Assembly (NCBI GenBank): GCA_016932255.1
Contig: JAFGDE010000015.1
Location: 99,506 to 163,505 of the forward strand
Source of the DNA: Candidatus Saganbacteria bacterium
Lineage (GTDB): Bacteria > Margulisbacteria > WOR-1 > O2-12-FULL-45-9
Direction of reading: 5' to 3'
Length of the DNA: 64,000 bases
In this document: piece by piece, positions 57,757-64,000 of the stretch
How the letters are laid out: every line of letters starts with the position of its first letter
Numbering within the stretch: the first letter of the stretch is position 1
Program-made: the position numbers and the translations under genes
Notes under the pieces: generated by a model
What the model was told of the DNA's origin: nothing
The model's input: the letters and a program-made list of their open reading frames with translations, nothing else
Databases searched by the model: none

Positions 57757-59619
57757 ATGAAAAAAGCACTTAAATGGACTGCGATCGTCGTGGCTGTATT
57801 GGTAGTTCTGCTGATCGGCGCTGCCGTTGCCCTGCCCTTTGTTCTGCCGCTGGATAAGATCAAGGATATCGCCACAGAGAAGATCTCAACCGCCATTAAC
57901 CGCGAGGTCAAGGTCGAAAGCGTATCGTTCAACATCTTCTCTGGCATTGAACTAAAAGGCCTGTCCGTTAGCAACAGCCCGGGCTTTGCCAAAGAGCCGT
58001 TCGTGAGAGCTGACGCGATCGCCCTGCGCTACGCCTTCTGGCCTTTGTTCAAACGACAGGTGATCGTCAAAGAGGTCCGGCTGGTCAAGCCGGAGATATT
58101 GATCGAGAAAAGCCGTTCCGGCGAGTTCAATTTCTCGGACATGACCAAAAGCAAAGGGAGAAGTAGCCGGGAGCCGGTAGCCAGTAGCCAGGAAAAAGAC
58201 AAAGGGACGGATTTTTCTTTAATTGTTGACACCTTCTCGATCCGCAACGCCAAGATCACTTACGTTGATTATTCGGCCAACTCAAAAATTGGCATCAAGG
58301 ACGCTGACCTGACCGTTTCCGGCATCACGCTGGCATTGCTCAAACCGATCGGTATTGATTTTTCCGCTACAGCGGACTACAAGGGACAGGATGTCCCAGT
58401 TTCGCTCTCAACCAGTGTTAAGCTCGATCTGGCCAACCAGGCTATCGAACTGCCGGACCTGTCCCTAGGCGTGGCCGGAGAAAAAGCCGCGGTTTCAGCC
58501 AAGGTCTCAAAGCTAAATGCCGGCCCATGGGTCGACTTTACTATTTCGGCCAAGAAGTTCGAGATCGATCCCCTGCTGGCCATCTTTACCGCTGGCGCCG
58601 CTACCCCGCCCCAAGAAAAAGAGAAGCTGCCGCGCGGCGCGCTGACAAAAATGATCAACAAGGTGACCGCCTCAATCCCGGCCAAGTTCAGGATTAACGG
58701 CAAGATCGACATCGGCAATCTCAAATTCCTCAATTTTGAGGTCGATAAAGCCGATCTTGACCTTTCGCTCGTCAATAAAGTTGTTGCAACTACTATCAGG
58801 GAAGTCAGGTTCTATGACGGCTCACTTTCCGGCAATGCCCGCGTCAACCTCAACGCGCCTGGCTTGAGCTATAACGCTGAGCTGAAGCTGGCCGGCTTCA
58901 ATGCCCATCCGTTCTCCAACGCAATAATCGAAGCCTTTTTGACCAAACTTGATAATTATAAGGACCTGGTGGACAAGGTTTACGGTTTGCTCGATCTTTC
59001 AGTTTCTCTTTCCGGCGCAGGGGTCGAAGTTCCTGATATCATGGCTAATGCTAATGCCAAAGGGTCTTTAGAGCTCAAGAACGGGGAACTGAAACGGTTA
59101 AAGACCCTTGAGATGGTCGCGGACAAGATCAAGGCTCCGGCCCTGAAGGATGACCTGAAGCTCTCTGAGCTGACCGCAGACTTCACCTTCAAGGACCAGG
59201 TGGTCAATATCCAGCAACTCCATTTGGTCAGCAAGGAACTTAAGGTCAATTTCAAGGGGGGCATCGACCTGGGCTGGCTTAAGTTCGTTTCCGGCAACCG
59301 GTTGACCCTGAAGGCCTCGCCTAGCGCGACCAAAGGCGTTGGCCAGGAATATGAACTGTTCCGCGACCAGGACGGCTGGCTCGAGGCGACCTTTGAATTG
59401 AGCGGCGACTTAAAAAAGCCCATCCCTGCTCCGGTCCTGGAAAAACCACTGGAACGGGCCACAGAAAAGGTCAAAATGAAGATCGAGGCTAAGACCGTCG
59501 AGATCAAGCAGGAAGCTGAAAAAAAGGCTGAAGAAGAAAAACAGCGCCTGGCTGATGAAGCTAAGAAAAAGGCCGAAGAAGAGGCTAAGAAGCAGCTCCA
59601 GAACATCATTAAATTTTAG
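57757..59619 (+). CDS. AsmA family protein
   Basis: N-terminal TM anchor, AsmA-like beta-taco repeats, charged C-terminal tail. Confidence 0.82.
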   Translation: MKKALKWTAIVVAVLVVLLIGAAVALPFVLPLDKIKDIATEKISTAINREVKVESVSFNIFSGIELKGLSVSNSPGFAKEPFVRADAIALRYAFWPLFKRQVIVKEVRLVKPEILIEKSRSGEFNFSDMTKSKGRSSREPVASSQEKDKGTDFSLIVDTFSIRNAKITYVDYSANSKIGIKDADLTVSGITLALLKPIGIDFSATADYKGQDVPVSLSTSVKLDLANQAIELPDLSLGVAGEKAAVSAKVSKLNAGPWVDFTISAKKFEIDPLLAIFTAGAATPPQEKEKLPRGALTKMINKVTASIPAKFRINGKIDIGNLKFLNFEVDKADLDLSLVNKVVATTIREVRFYDGSLSGNARVNLNAPGLSYNAELKLAGFNAHPFSNAIIEAFLTKLDNYKDLVDKVYGLLDLSVSLSGAGVEVPDIMANANAKGSLELKNGELKRLKTLEMVADKIKAPALKDDLKLSELTADFTFKDQVVNIQQLHLVSKELKVNFKGGIDLGWLKFVSGNRLTLKASPSATKGVGQEYELFRDQDGWLEATFELSGDLKKPIPAPVLEKPLERATEKVKMKIEAKTVEIKQEAEKKAEEEKQRLADEAKKKAEEEAKKQLQNIIKF

Positions 59620-59646
59620 CCCAATTAAGCCAAAACATGCTGCATC

Positions 59647-59672
59647 AGGGGCCCTTAACCGGGCCCCTTTTT
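59647..59672 (+). terminator. Rho-independent terminator
   Basis: AGGGGCCC-TTAACC-GGGCCCCT-TTTT. Confidence 0.75.
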
Positions 59673-59736
59673 CCTGCCTTTTTCCGCAAGTTTTCCCCCT
59701 CAAAATCCGATATATATAGTAGAGGGTGAAAGAAAT

Positions 59737-60090
59737 ATGAAAAAATCCATTGTAATTATTCTAGTCTCATTATTGGTGGCCGGCTCAGCCGCAGCTTTCA
59801 TCATCCCAGGGGAATCTGCCTGCGAGGCCGCGGAAACCGGACAGCTGAACATCCCGGTCAAACAACTGCACTCAGCCCCGGATGAGAATTCTACCGTTGT
59901 TTATGACATCCCCATCACCGTAGAACTGCTGGAAGTCGGCGCTGACGGCAACTGGCACAAGGTCAAGATCTCCTATGCCATCGGCCCGTTCAGCTATACA
60001 TATGTCGGCTGGACCTATATCCCGGTCGCCAAGATCCTGGCTGAACGGGAAGCCAAGGAATTGGCCGCATTATTGGAAGAGCCCCAGTAA
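59737..60090 (+). CDS. Secreted SH3b-like domain protein
   Basis: Signal peptide; LHSAPDENS...WHKVKI...GW pattern. Confidence 0.6.
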   Translation: MKKSIVIILVSLLVAGSAAAFIIPGESACEAAETGQLNIPVKQLHSAPDENSTVVYDIPITVELLEVGADGNWHKVKISYAIGPFSYTYVGWTYIPVAKILAEREAKELAALLEEPQ

Positions 60091-60176
60091 AAACCCTAAA
60101 AACAACAATATCTGCTTGCCTCTAAAATAGGGGCTTGCTATAATCCTCCTAGCATAAGCGTAAAGGAGGATTTTTC

Positions 60177-60341
60177 ATGTTAGGCAAGCTCATTAAGGTC
60201 CTTATCGGCCTCGCTCTGATCGCCCTCGGTGCCTGGACGATCTATCTCTGGTGGGCGGACCTCCTGACCCTGATCCGCGGCGGCATCGGCCTGGTCCTCA
60301 TCCTGCTGGGCCTGATCGCCTTTGCCCTGGTCGCTGATTGA
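60177..60341 (+). CDS. Small 2-TM membrane protein (54 aa)
   Basis: MLGKLIKVLIGLALIALGAWTIYLWWADLLTLIRGGIGLVLILLGLIAFALVAD with SD AGGAGG; not in the ORF track. Confidence 0.75.
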   Translation: MLGKLIKVLIGLALIALGAWTIYLWWADLLTLIRGGIGLVLILLGLIAFALVAD

Positions 60342-60383
60342 TCAGTCCCAAAATTGCCTGAAAAGGAGGTGAAATGAAACATC

Positions 60384-60623
60384 ATGGATATGGTCAAACA
60401 GATCTTCACTGTTAAATCCCTGAGCCTCGGTTGGTCCATTTTCTGGCGCGTCTTTATCGCCGCGCTGGTCAACGGGATCGCCGTGGCCATCGTAATGTAC
60501 ATCGCCGGTTTACTGGGTGACGCTGTCTCCGGCATTATCGGCATTGTGGCCGCCATCTACACCCTGCTGTTCCAGTTTATGGCGCTGGGTTGGGCCGCCC
60601 AAAGGATCAAGGACAAGATCTAA
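60384..60623 (+). CDS. Small membrane protein
   Basis: 79 aa, two hydrophobic helices, SD GGAGGTG upstream. Confidence 0.7.
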   Translation: MDMVKQIFTVKSLSLGWSIFWRVFIAALVNGIAVAIVMYIAGLLGDAVSGIIGIVAAIYTLLFQFMALGWAAQRIKDKI

Positions 60624-60641
60624 GCTTAAATCATTTCCTTC

Positions 60642-60680
60642 AGGCTCCTTCAACCATCTGCGTTGAAGGAGCCTTTTCTT
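60642..60680 (+). terminator. Rho-independent terminator
   Basis: AGGCTCCTTCAAC-CATCTGC-GTTGAAGGAGCCT-TTT. Confidence 0.8.
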
Positions 60681-60700
60681 TGTGCTAAAATGCGCAGGCT

Positions 60701-61213
60701 ATGAAAGATGAATTAAAACAGCTGCTCAAAGAGACCGGCGCGGTCAAGTTCGGCGACTTTACTCTGGCCTCAGGGAAAAAGAGCGATTTCTATGTTGACT
60801 GCCGCAAGGTCACCCTTCACCCCAAGGGCGCTAAATTGATCGGCAAATTGATCCTGGAGAAGATCAAGGGCTTGAAAGTGGAGGCGGTCGGCGGGCTCAC
60901 CCTGGGCGCGGACCCGATCATCGGCGCGGTCATCACCCTGAGCGATCTCCCCGGTTTTATCGTCCGGAAAAAAGCCAAAGAGCACGGCACTCAGCAAAGG
61001 ATCGAAGGTTTGATCCAAAAGGGCTGGAATGTTCTGATAGTTGAAGACGTAGCGACCACAGGCGCTTCAGCGCTGCAGGCTATTGAAGCGGCTGAGGCCG
61101 CCGGAGCCCAGGTGGTCAAAGTGATCTCAGTGGTCGACCGCGAAGAAGGAGCAGCTGAGACCCTTAGATCATACGCTTTTGAGCCGCTGCTGAAAAAGGC
61201 CGAACTTCTTTAA
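60701..61213 (+). CDS. pyrE: Orotate phosphoribosyltransferase
   Basis: FTLASGKKS, RKKAKEHG, VEDVATTG. Confidence 0.95.
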   Translation: MKDELKQLLKETGAVKFGDFTLASGKKSDFYVDCRKVTLHPKGAKLIGKLILEKIKGLKVEAVGGLTLGADPIIGAVITLSDLPGFIVRKKAKEHGTQQRIEGLIQKGWNVLIVEDVATTGASALQAIEAAEAAGAQVVKVISVVDREEGAAETLRSYAFEPLLKKAELL

Positions 61214-61920
61214 TCTCTTCCTTTAGGACCTTTCCAAGCTGGCACAAAGATCGTCTGGCCGATCGTGTTCAGGGTATGCCTCATATCAATGAACGTCCGC
61301 TGCATCTCCACCAGATCAGTTCTTGGGCTGGTTGCCAGGCCGATGATCTTTGAACTCGTAAAAATAGTGGTCTGCAGCCGCTCGCCGGAGATCGCCGCTG
61401 TGCGCAAATTACCCTTGTTGGCCGCCGGGATATTAGTATCTTCGCGCTCATCAATGCGGCCGTAAAGGATGCCTCGCCGGCCGTCCGCAGCCGGGCTGGA
61501 AACAGCGATCAACGAACCGTTGACGGTCAGGGCAAGCAAGCCATCCGCCTGGCTGGTCGCCAGATAATTTATCGACTGGAAGCCAAGTTCCTGGCTGAAA
61601 GACTCAAAAGCTTCGCGCTGGGCCAGCCAGTTCATGGCCATATCCTCGCGGAAGGCCTCCAGGGTGCGCCCAGCGCCCTTGGTCGGAAAGGCGCTGTCAG
61701 CCATAGCGATGACCGCTGCCCGGTATTCTGTTGGGACCATATCCAAAAAGGTGGGGCACCTTAGCTGCTGGCGGAGCTGCCTGACTTGCTCGATAAAATG
61801 AGCCGCCCTGTCCCCGGCCGTCATCCTGTTTGTCTGCGGCCGGCGTGCCAAAGCATTAGGCGGCGTAACGGCTTGTCTCGAACCCAATAAAGCGATGCTT
61901 AAAGTGACTAATGATTTCAT
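61210..61920 (-). CDS. Orphan hypothetical protein
   Basis: 236-aa ORF with SD AGGAGG, preceded by the TGAAA-N-TCGAAATATATA motif. Confidence 0.7.
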   Translation of the reverse strand: MKSLVTLSIALLGSRQAVTPPNALARRPQTNRMTAGDRAAHFIEQVRQLRQQLRCPTFLDMVPTEYRAAVIAMADSAFPTKGAGRTLEAFREDMAMNWLAQREAFESFSQELGFQSINYLATSQADGLLALTVNGSLIAVSSPAADGRRGILYGRIDEREDTNIPAANKGNLRTAAISGERLQTTIFTSSKIIGLATSPRTDLVEMQRTFIDMRHTLNTIGQTIFVPAWKGPKGRD

Positions 61921-62062
61921 TATTTCCTCCTTCGATCTGGTCGATCCGGGAATGCGCTATATATATTTCGACAAATTTCGCCCAAAATTTCATCCTCATC
62001 TGTACAAAATGCGGCCTGATTTGATATAATAGGTACCTCTTGGTGCTTTAACGTGTTAAGCT

Positions 62063-62135
62063 GCCCGTGTAGCTCAGCTGGTAGAGCATTTCCATGGTAA
62101 GGAAAAGGTCGCCGGTTCAAATCCGGCCGCGGGCT
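62063..62135 (+). tRNA. tRNA-Thr(GGT)
   Basis: GCCCGTG acceptor, TTTCC-ATGGTAA-GGAAA anticodon arm, GCCGG-TTCAAAT-CCGGC T-arm; CCA not encoded. Confidence 0.95.
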
Positions 62136-62159
62136 TATTGACCAAACAGACAGGTTGAC

Positions 62160-62267
62160 AAAGTCGCCGGTTCTCCCGACGGTCATTACAATACGATAAT
62201 TATGGAATCGTCGGGATCCCGATCGCCGCTCATAGCGGCGCATCGGGAAAATCCGGCCGCGGGCTTA
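62160..62267 (+). repeat. Duplicated tRNA-Thr 3' half interrupted in the T-loop by two palindromes
   Basis: AAAGTCGCCGGTTC [TCCCGAC...GTCGGGA TCCCGAT...ATCGGGA] AAATCCGGCCGCGGGCTTA. Confidence 0.8.
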
Positions 62268-62278
62268 GTCTTATACCC

Positions 62279-62308
62279 TTGACAACCTGTCCCGGTGTTC
62301 TGTATAAT
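62279..62308 (+). promoter_or_regulatory. sigma70 promoter of tuf
   Basis: TTGACA-N18-TATAAT. Confidence 0.7.
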
Positions 62309-62361
62309 AAGCAGTCTGCCGCTAAATCCAACGGTCGAGCAAAAATTTAGGAGGTAATGAA

Positions 62362-63549
62362 ATGGCAAGGGAAAAATTTGAGAGAAAGAAACCGCACTTG
62401 AACATAGGTACGATCGGGCACGTGGACCATGGCAAGACCACGCTGACCTCAGCGATCACCAAGTACCTGTCGACCAAGGGCATGGCCAAGGCCAAAGCCT
62501 TTGATGAGATCGACGCGGCCCCTGAAGAAAAGGCCCGCGGCATCACGATCGCTATCGCCCACGTTGAATATGAAACAGACAAACGCCACTACGCTCACAT
62601 TGACTGTCCGGGACACGCGGACTATGTTAAGAACATGGTCATCGGCGCGGCCCAGATGGACGGCGCTATCCTGGTCGTGTCCGCGGCTGACGGCCCGATG
62701 CCTCAGACCCGCGAGCATATCCTGCTGGCCCGCCAGGTCAACGTGCCAGCCATTGTTGTTTTCCTGAACAAATGCGACATGGTTGACGATCCTGAGTTGA
62801 TCGACCTGGTTGAGGTCGAGACCCGCGACCTGCTTAAAAAGTACGAGTTCCCGGGCGACGACCTGCCGGTCGTTAGAGGGTCCGCTCTCAAGGCCATGGA
62901 AGACCCGGCCAGCGACTGGGGCAAGAAGATCGGCGAGCTGATGGATGCCGTTGACAAGTACATCCCTGAGCCGCAGCGCCCTCTGGACAAGCCTTTCCTG
63001 ATGTCGGTTGAGGACGTCTTCTCGATCACCGGCCGCGGCACCGTGGGTACCGGCAGGATCGAGCGCGGCAAGGTCAAGGTCGGCGAAGAGATCGAGGTTA
63101 TCGGCCTTGGCGCCCACAAGAAGTCCGTTGTTACCGGCGTGGAAATGTTCCGCAAGACCCTGGACGAGGGTCTGGCCGGCGATAACGTTGGCTTGTTGCT
63201 GCGCGGCATTGAAAAGGAAGAGCTCAAGCGCGGCATGGTCCTGGCCAAGCCCGGATCCATCAAGCCGCACAAGAAGTTCACCGCCCAGGTATACGTCCTG
63301 ACCAAGGAAGAGGGCGGCCGCCATACCCCGTTCTTCCCTGGCTATAAACCGCAGTTTTTCATCGGCACCATCGACGTCACCGGCGAGATCAAGCTGCCGG
63401 AGAAGGTCGAAATGGTCATGCCGGGCGATAACATCAACATGGACGTTGAGTTGATCATCCCTGTCGCGGTCGAAGAAGGTATGCGCTTCGCTATCCGCGA
63501 AGGCGGCCGCACCGTCGGCGCCGGAGCCGTTGCCAAGATCATTGAATAA
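62362..63549 (+). CDS. tuf: Elongation factor Tu
   Basis: [34 protein letters not shown]. Confidence 0.99.
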   Translation: MAREKFERKKPHLNIGTIGHVDHGKTTLTSAITKYLSTKGMAKAKAFDEIDAAPEEKARGITIAIAHVEYETDKRHYAHIDCPGHADYVKNMVIGAAQMDGAILVVSAADGPMPQTREHILLARQVNVPAIVVFLNKCDMVDDPELIDLVEVETRDLLKKYEFPGDDLPVVRGSALKAMEDPASDWGKKIGELMDAVDKYIPEPQRPLDKPFLMSVEDVFSITGRGTVGTGRIERGKVKVGEEIEVIGLGAHKKSVVTGVEMFRKTLDEGLAGDNVGLLLRGIEKEELKRGMVLAKPGSIKPHKKFTAQVYVLTKEEGGRHTPFFPGYKPQFFIGTIDVTGEIKLPEKVEMVMPGDNINMDVELIIPVAVEEGMRFAIREGGRTVGAGAVAKIIE

Positions 63550-63573
63550 TAGTCCCGTTCCTTAAGCAATTAA

Positions 63574-63602
63574 AAAGAAGCCCGCCTCTAGCGGGCTTCT
63601 TT
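63574..63602 (+). terminator. Rho-independent terminator of tuf
   Basis: AAAGAAGCCCGC-CTCTA-GCGGGCTTCTTT. Confidence 0.85.
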
Positions 63603-63621
63603 GTTATAATATAAGTAATAT

Positions 63622-64000
63622 ATGAAGGCCCTGCTTAAACTGCTTTGGATCATTGCTCTACTCCTTTTTCTGACCTCGGTCAGCATGGTCATTTATGACT
63701 TTGCCCGGACCAGGGAAGCCTTTCCTCCCGGCGCTTATATAGCCGGCGTTGATGTTTCCTTGTTGACCAGACAGGAAGCGGCCAAGAAGCTTAAGGACCG
63801 CCCGTTGACCCATCTGTTCGCTTCAGCTATCACTCTGGAAAGCGATAAACAGATCTTCACTTTCAAACCGGATGAACTCGGCATACACGTGCTTTATGGT
63901 GATACCGTCGACAAAGCCTTTAAACTCGCCCATCAGGGCAGTTATATCGATCAGCTGCGCTCTCGTGTTGATAATGGGCAGGTCAACGCGCCCCTGGTGC
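63622..64000 (+). CDS. Membrane-anchored peptidoglycan-binding (PG_binding_4; VanW or L,D-transpeptidase type) protein, partial
   Basis: Manual translation: MKALLKLLWIIALLLFL...GAYIAGVDVSLLTRQEA...ELGI; runs off the window end. Confidence 0.7.
   Translation, partial: MKALLKLLWIIALLLFLTSVSMVIYDFARTREAFPPGAYIAGVDVSLLTRQEAAKKLKDRPLTHLFASAITLESDKQIFTFKPDELGIHVLYGDTVDKAFKLAHQGSYIDQLRSRVDNGQVNAPLV

Noticed and set aside
61920-62243. 107-aa minus-strand ORF (similarly 31183-31563)
   Set aside because: Antisense to tRNA genes; spurious.

Overview
Chromosomal window from a moderately GC-rich, probably diderm Terrabacteria-type organism: an SLH protein occurs together with outer-membrane barrels and AsmA, and the gene style recalls Saganbacteria/WOR-1 (an unverified inference). 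It is mostly housekeeping: smc, metK, xerC, a fatty-acid synthesis operon, a PhoBR/phosphate-uptake locus with Pho boxes, maf, mutL, topA, panC, a minor-pilin cluster, thrS-infC-rpmI-rplT, dxr, pyrE, tRNA-Thr and tuf. The unusual parts are: (1) an integrase-less accessory array downstream of tRNA-Tyr, built from repeated tRNA 3' ends, two copies of a ~175-nt structured element and single orphan genes; (2) a Bcd-EtfBA module translationally coupled inside the FAS-II operon, next to a FabX-like Fe-S flavoprotein; (3) a hinge-less 746-aa SMC; (4) a SprA-like giant barrel next to a protease with a T9SS/FlgD-like C-terminal domain; (5) a TMEM260-like glycosyltransferase between two Thr-rich YCF48-like paralogues; (6) a shared non-sigma70 promoter-like motif in front of scattered orphan genes; and (7) frequent near-leaderless gene starts. 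No CRISPR array, rRNA or transposase was seen. All product calls come from motif recognition by eye, not from database searches.
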